Positions 1 through 8,321 of a stretch of DNA of 40,095 bases are shown here, piece by piece; within the stretch, counting starts at the first letter, position 1, and every line of letters begins with the position of its first letter. The DNA comes from Bacteroidota bacterium (lineage in GTDB: Bacteria > Bacteroidota > Bacteroidia > Bacteroidales > VadinHA17). Under the pieces are notes generated by a model. It did no database searches and was not told where the DNA came from. It saw nothing but the letters and a program-made list of their open reading frames with translations. Location: positions 1 to 40,095 of the forward strand of contig QKCK01000214.1 in the NCBI GenBank assembly GCA_003245695.1, in the 5' to 3' direction. The position numbers and the translations under genes were made by a program.

Positions 1-227
1 AAAAGATTCCCAAGTATAACAAAAGCAAGTAGAATATTAACCAAGCGATTTAATGTCATATAAGAAATCAAGTCAGCTAATAAAATGAAGTATGGGACCA
101 CAAAAATTGCTAATATCCCGGATGATATATTATAACTGTTTTTTAAACCTAGCCCTTTTTCAAAGACCTTATAGACTAAAGTGAACAGGTAAAACAAAGT
201 AGATTTAAATAATGTGCTATGCGTCAT
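1..227 (-). CDS. Hypothetical membrane protein, N-terminal fragment (gene runs off the left edge)
   Basis: This ORF is not in the supplied track. A reverse-strand ATG at 227..225 opens a stop-free frame to position 1 (MTHSTLFKSTLFYLFTLVYKVFEKGLGLKNSYNISSGILAIFVVPYFILLADLISYMTLNRLVNILLAFVILGN...). The sequence is hydrophobic and starts 3 nt after the stop of the upstream ORF. No family recognised. Confidence 0.35.
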   Translation of the reverse strand, partial: MTHSTLFKSTLFYLFTLVYKVFEKGLGLKNSYNISSGILAIFVVPYFILLADLISYMTLNRLVNILLAFVILGNL

Positions 228-230
228 TTT

Positions 231-623
231 CTATCTTATTTTTAAAGCATTCACTGTTGTATCAATATTATTGAAATTGTATACATAAATTGTATCACTG
301 TTCGCTTTTTTTACTAAGTAGCTTCGTAATTTTATTACATCGACTAAATCATTGCCATATTCATCACTATATGCATAAATACATTTTTTTGATGAATTTT
401 CTATTGACAATCGCATCAAATCAGGACCAGGTCGTGTGACTTTACTATGATCTATATCATAAACATATCCCCAAAATTGATCCTCAATAGTGACATCGGG
501 ATATTCAGCCTTCAATTTTTCAAACCGTTCATTATCCCTCTTAGTAATATGGATGGAGTATATTCCTATTATTACAGAGGATATTAAGAAAAGCAAAATT
601 TTTAATCGTGTTTCTTTTTTCAT
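231..623 (-). CDS. Hypothetical N-terminally membrane-anchored small protein
   Basis: The track ORF 231..632 begins at a TTG. The ATG at 623..621 (MKKETRLKILLFLISSVIIGIYS...) gives a classic n-region plus one TM helix followed by a soluble domain of about 100 aa. The region is very AT-rich. No family recognised. Confidence 0.5.
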   Translation of the reverse strand: MKKETRLKILLFLISSVIIGIYSIHITKRDNERFEKLKAEYPDVTIEDQFWGYVYDIDHSKVTRPGPDLMRLSIENSSKKCIYAYSDEYGNDLVDVIKLRSYLVKKANSDTIYVYNFNNIDTTVNALKIR

Positions 624-628
624 TTTTA

Positions 629-898
629 TCAAAATAGAGGTTTAACTTCTCCTACATTAAAACTTGGGAAAGCCCAGGGTCCTCCACCTAATCCAACTGA
701 AATATTGGTTGTTAAAACTCGCTTTTTATCTTTCCCTACAGTGCCCGATGACCACGCCACACTAACCATACCAAAGGGATAGTATTCTGTGAACGGTGGG
801 CCTGAAACCGGTGCTTTTTGTGAATTATGCATTGCATGTGACTTCCGGTAATAAATATAATGATTTTTCTGCTGCGTTCTCTGACTTTTATTCCGCAC
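629..898 (-). CDS. Doubtful 89-aa ORF, possibly the remnant of a larger gene
   Basis: The start is GTG (896-898), and an in-frame stop lies 11 codons upstream (932-934). There is no signal peptide or recognisable motif (…GLGGGPWAFPSFNVGEVKPLF). The ORF ends 5 nt before the ATG of the next ORF. Confidence 0.25.
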   Translation of the reverse strand: MRNKSQRTQQKNHYIYYRKSHAMHNSQKAPVSGPPFTEYYPFGMVSVAWSSGTVGKDKKRVLTTNISVGLGGGPWAFPSFNVGEVKPLF

Positions 899-924
899 CT
901 TCTGCGCAGATATAATTGGGAGGA

Positions 925-1545
925 GAGGTCCTTATCCTCTACGAGGAAAAAATGTCGTTGGACATGACATAGCTACGATAACGTATTTCCTACGGACAAA
1001 AAAGGGACCGATGCAAAATAGCACCGGCTATTACTTATTTCCAGCATAGTGATCGTATCCCATTTTTGCACCTAAGGTGCTTCATCTGATTAACCTTCGG
1101 CATCAGCCGGAGGAATGTAACCAAACCTAACTCCTCAGCCCTGAAGGGGCGCGATATGAATAACCACGGGTCAACAACACGGGGTAGCAGTTACACAAAA
1201 TGGCACCTCAGCTCCGGAGGTGCTTATTATTAACACCACCGCTCCAGATGATATAATCAATGATGCTCGCAGAGCAACCAATTATTGTAGACTAATGCCC
1301 TCCACAAAACCATGATGGTCGTAGATCATCAGATTATTACCACCAACACGACATAATCGGATCATCTACGAAGATCCGGTGATGTGGCATTAAACATGTT
1401 TCTACAATAATTTGGCCATCTACGAAGGTCAGACGGGGATTAAATCAGTCCCGGGTGTTGGCAAGAGTTACATACAATACCACGGCCCTACCCCTTCCTG
1501 ATACCCGGGGAAGGATTCTTTCAAAGAAGGGGAATATTTTTGCTA
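925..1545 (+). ncRNA. Candidate large structured RNA or long leader (boundaries speculative)
   Basis: No ORF of 60 aa or more in any frame across 899-1705. There are many short perfect hairpins whose wobble pairs are G.U only on the plus strand, and the pentamer CTACG is over-represented as a hairpin loop. TATAATTG lies at 911-918, and a stem plus T-run lies near 1491-1541. No Rfam family recognised by eye. Confidence 0.2.
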
Positions 1546-1592
1546 TTTCAATCAGCACTCTTTCAGAATAATCCTTTCATCCTGCTTTTTCC

Positions 1593-1600
1593 TATCTTTG
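1593..1600 (+). promoter_or_regulatory. Possible Bacteroidota -7 promoter box (TAnnTTTG) for the GH3 gene
   Basis: TATCTTTG matches TAnnTTTG about 105 nt upstream of the GH3 ATG. No clear -33 TTTG. A single 8-mer match can arise by chance. Confidence 0.25.
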
Positions 1601-1705
1601 GATATGTTAAAGAAAATCTGATGCTATTGATAAAAGAGAAACCCGATGCAGGATACAGGCAATCAGTCAACAGGTAATAAAATATAACAACATAAAAGAT
1701 TCTTT

Positions 1706-4141
1706 ATGAAAATAACCAGTAAGATGAATAAATACGCCTCTCTCTTGCTCCTTCTGATTGTATTCATCACTGCTTCACAATGCAAAAGGCAGGCAAAAAC
1801 CGACAATGAGTCAGCAAGTTATAAAGGCACTTACAGGGACTCTACAGCTAATACTGACCGCAGGGTAGCCGATCTGTTGTCAAGGATGACAACTGAAGAA
1901 AAGATAGGCCAGTTATTATGCCTCTTTGGCTGGGAGATGTACACACGTACTGACACCTCAGTCACCATCAGCAAGGCGTATGAAGAGATGCTCAGGAGTA
2001 CGGGGGCAGGCATGCTCTGGGGTACGCTGAGGGCTGACCCCTGGACAAAAAAGACACTCACCACAGGATTAAATCCATATATGTCAGCAGAGGCACTTAA
2101 TGCCCTTCAGCGCTATGCTGTTGAAAACACCCGTTTAGGGATACCACTGCTCTTTGCTGAAGAGTGTGCTCATGGTCACATGGCCATAGGTACCACTGTT
2201 TTCCCCACCTCAATAGGACAGGGAAGCACCTGGGATCCGGAACTTATAGAAAAGATGGCCAGGGCAATAGCCGCCGAGGTTCGATCCCAGGGTGCACATA
2301 TAGGTTATGGCCCCATACTCGACCTTGCACGAGAACCACGCTGGTCTCGCATGGAGGAGACATTCGGTGAAGACCCATACCTGATAAGCCGTATGGGAGT
2401 AGCTGTGGTGACAGGTTTACAGGGTGATGGTCTGAAAGACAAAGGCAGTGTCATCTCTACCCTGAAACACTTCTACGCTTATGGCATACCTGAAGGAGGA
2501 CATAACGGAGGCATTGTAAGCATAGGCACCAGGGAACTTTTTCAAAACTGCATGTATCCGTTCCACCAAGCAGTAAAAGCAGGCGCTGTGTCAATAATGA
2601 CATCATATAACTCTGTAAACGGCATACCCTGCACTGCCGACAACTACACGCTCAAAACAGTTGTACGTGACCGATGGGGTTTCGATGGCTTTTTTGTTGC
2701 CGATCTTGATGCAATAGGAGCACTCGTTACAAGCCACCGCGTGGCTGAGACAACATCCGACGCAGCAGCGATGTCATTAAATGCAGGCGTTGATGTCGAT
2801 CTTGGTGGTAATAGCTTTATTACATTGAAAGAGGCTCTGGAGAAAGGAACCATAAGTATGTCAGATATAGATATTGCTGTTAAGAGAGTCTTAAAGAAAA
2901 AGTTCGAGATGGGCCTCTTTGAAAATCCATATGTTGATGCGCTGCAGGCTCAGAGGATAGGCAGAAGTGAAGAACACATAGACCTGGCAAGGCAGGTAGC
3001 CAGAGAATCAATAATACTCCTTAAGAACGAGAATGGTCTTTTGCCACTGAATAAAGATATCAGAAGCATAGCGGTAATAGGCCCCAACGCTGATAACATG
3101 TACAATCAGCTTGGTGATTATACTGCGCCTCAGGATGATAAGGCAATTGTCACAGTTCTTGAGGGGATAAAAAACAGTGTCGGAGAGGGGACAGCCGTTA
3201 CATACGTTAAAGGGTGTGCTATCAGAGACACAACCACCAGTGAAATAGCCGAAGCTGTCAAAGCAGCAAAGAAGGCTGATGTGGCTGTAGTTGTACTCGG
3301 CGGTTCGAGTGCAAGAGATTTCAAGACCGACTATGCCAATACCGGTGCAGCAACCATACCCGGTAAGAACAGCACTGCCGTATTAAGTGACATGGAATGT
3401 GGTGAAGGATATGACCGGGCTGATCTTGCTGTCATGGGTCACCAGGTTAAACTGCTTGACGCCTTGTTGAGAACCGGAACACCCATAGTGGTTGTACTGA
3501 TAGAAGGCAGACCCCTGAACCTCAGAGGACTTGAACAGAAGGCACAAAACATGATTCTTGCCTGGTACCCTGGGCAGGAAGGAGGAAACGCCATAGCTGA
3601 TGTTCTCTTTGGTGATTATAATCCCGCTGGCAGACTACCGGTATCTGTACCGGCCTCTGTTGGTCAGCTGCCTGTATATTACAACAATATCAGCCCTGCC
3701 AGACACAACTATCTCGAGGCATCGTCAGCACCATTGTTCTGCTTTGGCCATGGTCTCAGTTATACCAGCTTCGGATACTCAGGATTAAACATAACAGCAT
3801 CAGAGAACAAGGAAAGTATTAAGGTATCAGTATCATTTAGAGTAAAGAATACTGGTAACAGAGAGGGAGACGAAGTAGTACAGCTTTATATACGTGACAA
3901 TGTATCATCAGTGGTCACAGAAGAGAAGAAGCTAAGACGGTTTCAACGCACCCATCTCTCACCGGGAGAAGAGAAAGCCATATCCTTTGAAATTGATAAT
4001 GAAGATCTGTGCCTTTACGATGAACAAATGAACAGGATTGTGGAACCAGGCAGTTTCAATATAATGATCGGAGCATCGTCAGAAGACATAAGACTCAGCT
4101 CTGCTTTTGAGATAAAATCATTACACCGATCTGAAAAATAA
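1706..4141 (+). CDS. Glycoside hydrolase family 3 (BglX-like beta-glucosidase/beta-xylosidase), lipoprotein
   Basis: 811 aa with a signal peptide and Cys (ITASQC). GH3 motifs are present: KHFYAYG, SYNSVNG, and GFDGFFVADL with the nucleophile Asp. It has the C-terminal alpha/beta sandwich and an FnIII-like tail typical of BglX-type GH3. Confidence 0.9.
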   Translation: MKITSKMNKYASLLLLLIVFITASQCKRQAKTDNESASYKGTYRDSTANTDRRVADLLSRMTTEEKIGQLLCLFGWEMYTRTDTSVTISKAYEEMLRSTGAGMLWGTLRADPWTKKTLTTGLNPYMSAEALNALQRYAVENTRLGIPLLFAEECAHGHMAIGTTVFPTSIGQGSTWDPELIEKMARAIAAEVRSQGAHIGYGPILDLAREPRWSRMEETFGEDPYLISRMGVAVVTGLQGDGLKDKGSVISTLKHFYAYGIPEGGHNGGIVSIGTRELFQNCMYPFHQAVKAGAVSIMTSYNSVNGIPCTADNYTLKTVVRDRWGFDGFFVADLDAIGALVTSHRVAETTSDAAAMSLNAGVDVDLGGNSFITLKEALEKGTISMSDIDIAVKRVLKKKFEMGLFENPYVDALQAQRIGRSEEHIDLARQVARESIILLKNENGLLPLNKDIRSIAVIGPNADNMYNQLGDYTAPQDDKAIVTVLEGIKNSVGEGTAVTYVKGCAIRDTTTSEIAEAVKAAKKADVAVVVLGGSSARDFKTDYANTGAATIPGKNSTAVLSDMECGEGYDRADLAVMGHQVKLLDALLRTGTPIVVVLIEGRPLNLRGLEQKAQNMILAWYPGQEGGNAIADVLFGDYNPAGRLPVSVPASVGQLPVYYNNISPARHNYLEASSAPLFCFGHGLSYTSFGYSGLNITASENKESIKVSVSFRVKNTGNREGDEVVQLYIRDNVSSVVTEEKKLRRFQRTHLSPGEEKAISFEIDNEDLCLYDEQMNRIVEPGSFNIMIGASSEDIRLSSAFEIKSLHRSEK

Positions 4142-4149
4142 CCGACAGA

Positions 4150-4923
4150 ATGAGAAAGATAATTCACATGTCAGACCTCCATATCGGGCATGAAAGATGT
4201 GGCGACAGTTTCAAAACCATTGTTGACCGCATCAGTTTCCTGTGCAAACCAGTCGACGACTATGTAATAGTTATCACCGGCGATCTTGTCGATGATGCAA
4301 ATCACAGGAATTTTGTCGATGAGGCAGCAGAAGCCGTTGAAAGACTGGAAGAAAACGGATTCAGAGTACTATTGGTACCGGGAAATCATGACTACGGGAC
4401 CGGGGTTGTCGCAAACGAGAAATTTGTTGAGATATTCAAACAACGCTTTTTCAAAACCGGCAATATACAATATCCCAAACTTGATATTATTGATGACATG
4501 GCCTTTATAGGTCTCGACTCATCAGCAGAGGAGTTGCACTGGCACGACCGGTTCATGTCAGAGGGTGAGCTGGGCAGGGAACAGCTTGACAGGCTTGCAA
4601 AGATCCTTGATGATCCTGAAATGGCATCAAAGAAAAAGATCGTTTATCTGCACCACCATCCTTTTGATTACAAGCTGGTGATGCAACTTAAAGACAGTGA
4701 CAAGCTAAAGTCGGTGATAAGCAACAAGATTGATCTTATCCTCTTCGGGCACTATCATAACAGCGCCTCAGCGGTACTTAAAGAGCTTCATGGCACATGG
4801 GGTATCCCCCGCTGTTATAATGCCGGATCATCGACACATAAAAACAATGATCTGGGATACCAATGGGTGATTGACCTTTCTTTTGAGGAAAATGATAAAG
4901 ATTATGATGCAAATCTGATCTGA
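4150..4923 (+). CDS. Calcineurin-like metallophosphoesterase
   Basis: Motifs DLHIGH, GDLVDD, PGNHD, and HHHP/GHYH further on. It starts 8 nt after the GH3 stop, so it is probably co-transcribed. Confidence 0.85.
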   Translation: MRKIIHMSDLHIGHERCGDSFKTIVDRISFLCKPVDDYVIVITGDLVDDANHRNFVDEAAEAVERLEENGFRVLLVPGNHDYGTGVVANEKFVEIFKQRFFKTGNIQYPKLDIIDDMAFIGLDSSAEELHWHDRFMSEGELGREQLDRLAKILDDPEMASKKKIVYLHHHPFDYKLVMQLKDSDKLKSVISNKIDLILFGHYHNSASAVLKELHGTWGIPRCYNAGSSTHKNNDLGYQWVIDLSFEENDKDYDANLI

Positions 4924-4992
4924 CTCCGGAACTAATTATTAACAACATGAAATCATTTTTTCTTTCCGGTAAATATGATAATGAAAAAGTAA

Positions 4993-5000
4993 TAACTTTG
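4993..5000 (+). promoter_or_regulatory. Possible -7 promoter box (TAnnTTTG) for the nagA operon
   Basis: TAACTTTG lies 32 nt upstream of the nagA ATG, inside a 108-nt AT-rich gap. No exact -33 element. Confidence 0.3.
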
Positions 5001-5031
5001 GAATGATGTCATATATCATATATCTTCTTTT

Positions 5032-6138
5032 ATGATTACAGCATTACATAATGGGAGAATTTTCACCGGCAGGGAGTTTATAACCGGCAATACTCTGTTG
5101 ATTGAAGAAGGCAGGATAAAGGGTATTGCAAAGCCTGAGACAGTTGCACCAGAGGCAAAATCGGTTGACTGTAAAGGGGGTGTTATTGCACCTGGTTTTA
5201 TTGATCTGCAGATAGCCGGTGGTGGTGGTTACCTCTTCTCAGACAATCCGACACCAGAGGCACTTGAGGCAATAACCGGAGCCATTGTCAAAAGTGGTAC
5301 TACCTCTTTTCTCATAGCTATGCCGACTACCTCAGCAGAAATATACCGGAAGGCAATAAAGGCAATCAGAGAATACAACCATCCGGCTATACTGGGTTTA
5401 CATCTTGAAGGTCCTTTCATAAGCAGGTTAAGGGCCGGAGCACATGCAAAAGAACACATCAGGGTACCCGGAGTAAATGAAATAAAAGAGTTATTAGCTG
5501 ATGCCGGGGGAACGGTTAAAATGATGACTGTTGCACCGGAGGTCTGTACAAATGATGTTATTAAGATTTTAAAAGACTATGGAGTCATAGTGGCGGCAGG
5601 GCATAGTAATGCCACATTTGATGAGGCTGTACAGGGATTCAGAAACGGAATAAGTACCGTTACCCATCTCTTCAATGCAATGTCACCATTAAATCATCGT
5701 GATCCGGGCCTTCCCGGGGCATCATATATGACTCCCGGTGTCTGTGCCAGCATAATTGCCGATGGCATACATGTAAATTATAATATGGTGGCTATCAGCA
5801 AGATGATCATGAAGGAGAGGCTCTATCTTGTCTCTGATGCAGTTGAGGAATGCAGTAACGGGCCTTATCTGCATGTCAGACAGCCTGACAGGTTTACTCT
5901 TCCTGACGGCACACTGTCAGGGTCGGCTCTTACAATGATGCAGGCTGTAAAAAACTGCATAAACAATGTAATGATACCTGTTGATGAGGCACTGAAAATG
6001 GCATCGTTATACCCGGCACAGGTAATGAACATGATAGAGAGAGGGCAAATAACAGAGGGTAGTAAAGCAGACATTACAATTTTTGATAGCGATTTTAATA
6101 TCACAGGAGTATTCCTTGACGGTAAACAGATTTTATAA
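5032..6138 (+). CDS. nagA: N-acetylglucosamine-6-phosphate deacetylase
   Basis: 368 aa with the amidohydrolase fold motifs of NagA: GFIDLQIAGGGG, HLEGPFIS, AAGHSNA, THLFNAMS. Confidence 0.9.
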   Translation: MITALHNGRIFTGREFITGNTLLIEEGRIKGIAKPETVAPEAKSVDCKGGVIAPGFIDLQIAGGGGYLFSDNPTPEALEAITGAIVKSGTTSFLIAMPTTSAEIYRKAIKAIREYNHPAILGLHLEGPFISRLRAGAHAKEHIRVPGVNEIKELLADAGGTVKMMTVAPEVCTNDVIKILKDYGVIVAAGHSNATFDEAVQGFRNGISTVTHLFNAMSPLNHRDPGLPGASYMTPGVCASIIADGIHVNYNMVAISKMIMKERLYLVSDAVEECSNGPYLHVRQPDRFTLPDGTLSGSALTMMQAVKNCINNVMIPVDEALKMASLYPAQVMNMIERGQITEGSKADITIFDSDFNITGVFLDGKQIL

Positions 6139-6150
6139 CAGAATAGTAAT

Positions 6151-7104
6151 ATGGCTGTATTAGGTATTGACCTTGGTGGCACAAAAATGGCATTGGCCAC
6201 ATTCACTGATGATGGCGAGAAAATTTCCGTTAATGTAAAACCTCTTGGCAATGGCCAGGGAAAAGAGGTTGGTATGATGGTTACAACAGGTATTGAAACT
6301 TTTCTGAGTAGCTCTTTGCAGGAGGGCAACATGATAGATTCGATAGGTATATCAATACCAGGTATATACAGGCATAAAAGGGGAACGGTATGGGCTCCTA
6401 ACATACCCGGCTGGGATGATTATCCTCTTCTTGAGGAGGTAAAGGCTGTAGCAGGTGATATTCCGGTTACCATTGACAGTGACAGGGCCTGCTATATTCT
6501 TGGTGAGTACTGGAAGGGAAATGCACGCGGGTGCCAGGATGCCATTTTTATGGCAGTAGGGACAGGGATAGGCGCCGGGATACTGGTAGATGGCAGAGTA
6601 TTGCGCGGATCGAACGACATAGCAGGTGCTACCGGGTGGATGGCTCTTGACAGGCCTTTCAGAAAAGAGTATGTCAGTTGTGGTTGTTATGAACACCATG
6701 CCTCAGGGGAAGGTATTGCAAAGGTAGCAAGGGAGTATCTTGCAGCCGACAAATCATATTCAGGCATGTTAGGTAATAAACCTTCAGAGATGGTTACCTC
6801 ACATGATGTCTTTGCAGCTTTTAAGCAGGGTGATACGATAGCAAAAAAAGTTATAGAAGAGGCGATAGTGTTCTGGGGGATGGCAATAGCAAATTATGTG
6901 AGCCTCTTTAATCCGCAGAAGATAATACTTGGCGGGGGCGTTTTCGGGCCGGCAGTAAAGCTGATACCTCATATTACTGAGGAAGCAAAGAAGTGGGCAC
7001 AGCCTATAAGCATCACGCAGGTGAGCATTGAGGCCTCGGGTCTGGGCACTGACGCAGGTGTATATGGGGCAGGGTATCTGGCATTAAAATCTAAACCTCA
7101 ATAA
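6151..7104 (+). CDS. ROK-family sugar kinase (no HTH domain)
   Basis: LGIDLGGTK ATP-binding motif, the glycine-rich MAVGTGIGAGI block, and a Cys/His cluster SCGCYEHH at the ROK zinc-site position (it deviates from CxCGxxGC/HxE). 317 aa, so there is no N-terminal repressor domain. Confidence 0.85.
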   Translation: MAVLGIDLGGTKMALATFTDDGEKISVNVKPLGNGQGKEVGMMVTTGIETFLSSSLQEGNMIDSIGISIPGIYRHKRGTVWAPNIPGWDDYPLLEEVKAVAGDIPVTIDSDRACYILGEYWKGNARGCQDAIFMAVGTGIGAGILVDGRVLRGSNDIAGATGWMALDRPFRKEYVSCGCYEHHASGEGIAKVAREYLAADKSYSGMLGNKPSEMVTSHDVFAAFKQGDTIAKKVIEEAIVFWGMAIANYVSLFNPQKIILGGGVFGPAVKLIPHITEEAKKWAQPISITQVSIEASGLGTDAGVYGAGYLALKSKPQ

Positions 7105-7112
7105 ACTCCGAC

Positions 7113-8279
7113 ATGTTTAACAGAAAACTGGTATTCTTTGCTGCCTGTATAGGCATGCTTCTTTTTGGAATAAGTCTTATTACTCTTGGGTCTATTGTCC
7201 CGGACATAAAAGCAAAGATAGGCATTGATGATGGCAGTGCCGGATCTCTCTTTGCCATCCTGCCATTTGGTATACTGGCCGGGTCTCTTCTTTTTGGTCC
7301 CATATGTGACAAATCGGGATACAAGATCCTTCTATCCATCTCAGCAATATTCATCTGTGGTGGTTTCCTTGCCCTCTCAACAGTATCGTCTCTTAATGTT
7401 CTCAGGCTTGTGATCTTCTTTTTTGGTGCCGGTGCCGGTGCAATCAACGGGGCTACCAATGCGATGGTCTCAGATCTAAGCACCACCGAAAAAGGGGCAA
7501 ATCTGAGCCTTCTGGGCGTCTGTTTTACTATTGGTGCCCTGGGAATGCCTTTGGTATTGGGTCTTTTAAGGAATGTCATCAGCTTTGAGATGATAATGGT
7601 TGCCGTGGCTGTTCTTACAGCTGCCACAGCGATCTTTTATCTTCTCATAAAGTTCCCTCCGCCAAAGCACACTGAAGGAATCTCATTTAAAGAGACCAGG
7701 GCTTTGTTGAGTGACTCTCTCCTCCTCCTCATTTCTTTTTTCCTGTTTTTCCAGAGCAGCTTTGAGTCGCTTATCAATAACTGGACAACCACATATCTCA
7801 TCTCAGAGCTGGGTATTGAGCAGAGCAAAGCTTTGTTTGCCCTCTCGCTGAGTGTTATGGGTATGGCGGCAATGCGATTACTGATTGGCAGTGTATTCAG
7901 AAAAGTACAGCCTGAGAAGTTATTACTCTGGCTCTTTGGAATAACTTTCATTGCAATAACCACGTTGAAAATATCATCAGGATTTTATGGTGCTGCAGTG
8001 GGTCTCTTCCTTGCAGGGGCAGGGTTGGCAGCCGGCTTCCCCATAATGCTTGGATTTGTGGGCGACAGATTTGAAAAACTCTCCGCCACAGCCTTCAGTA
8101 TTGCCTTTGCCATTGGCCTTACGGGTAATATACTCGTTAACTACATCATGGGACAGATAGCAAAATCAGCAGGCATAAGTAATCTTATCTTAGTTACAGC
8201 AATCGAATTTGTTGCCCTGGTATCAATAGGGTTACTGGTATTCAGAAAGAGAAGAGGTGACAAAAATGCAAATGTATAA
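7113..8279 (+). CDS. MFS transporter (probable sugar importer)
   Basis: 388 aa with about 12 hydrophobic helices split 6+6 around a central loop. It sits in the sugar-catabolic operon. Confidence 0.85.
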   Translation: MFNRKLVFFAACIGMLLFGISLITLGSIVPDIKAKIGIDDGSAGSLFAILPFGILAGSLLFGPICDKSGYKILLSISAIFICGGFLALSTVSSLNVLRLVIFFFGAGAGAINGATNAMVSDLSTTEKGANLSLLGVCFTIGALGMPLVLGLLRNVISFEMIMVAVAVLTAATAIFYLLIKFPPPKHTEGISFKETRALLSDSLLLLISFFLFFQSSFESLINNWTTTYLISELGIEQSKALFALSLSVMGMAAMRLLIGSVFRKVQPEKLLLWLFGITFIAITTLKISSGFYGAAVGLFLAGAGLAAGFPIMLGFVGDRFEKLSATAFSIAFAIGLTGNILVNYIMGQIAKSAGISNLILVTAIEFVALVSIGLLVFRKRRGDKNANV

Positions 8280-8321
8280 ACCAAATTATCATACAAGTTA
8301 TAAACTTAAACATCAGACATT

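Noticed and set aside
1447-1455. AGTCCCGGG, resembling the RNase P RNA P4 segment (GAGGAAAGUCCGGGC)
   Set aside because: Only a partial match, with an extra C. The GAGGAAA context and the 3' ACAGAACCCGGCUUA-type partner are absent, so this is not RNase P RNA.
899-1500. Minus-strand translation of the ORF-free region, read as a decayed Rhs/YD-repeat or toxin gene continuing into ORF 629-898 (for example …RLTFVDGQIIVET… and …RIFVDDPIM…)
   Set aside because: All three minus-strand frames are broken by frequent stops. I found no YD-repeat (YDxxGRL) or Rhs core motif, and the repeated peptides simply reflect the CTACGAAG DNA repeat. I keep this only as an alternative explanation within the main finding.
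2278-2288. GGTTCGATCCC, a perfect tRNA T-arm/T-loop-like string
   Set aside because: It lies inside the well-supported GH3 reading frame (…AAEVRSQGAH…). No acceptor, D or anticodon arms can be drawn around it.
5865-6404. 179-aa minus-strand ORF, and similar long antisense ORFs at 7091-7627 (178 aa), 18361-18900 (179 aa), 6352-6699, 11233-11589, 11842-12195 and 17624-17995
   Set aside because: Each lies entirely antisense to a CDS with strong family motifs (nagA/ROK, MFS, CE8-PL1, GH28). They have low-complexity or odd composition (rich in Ser, Pro, Arg, Cys), no recognisable motifs and no independent start context. They are typical shadow ORFs.
6669-6713. Atypical ROK zinc motif (YVSCGCYEHHASGEG instead of CxCGxxGC/HxE)
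   Set aside because: Without an alignment I cannot decide whether the His residues substitute as ligands. It is probably subfamily variation, so I noted it under the ROK feature rather than as a finding.
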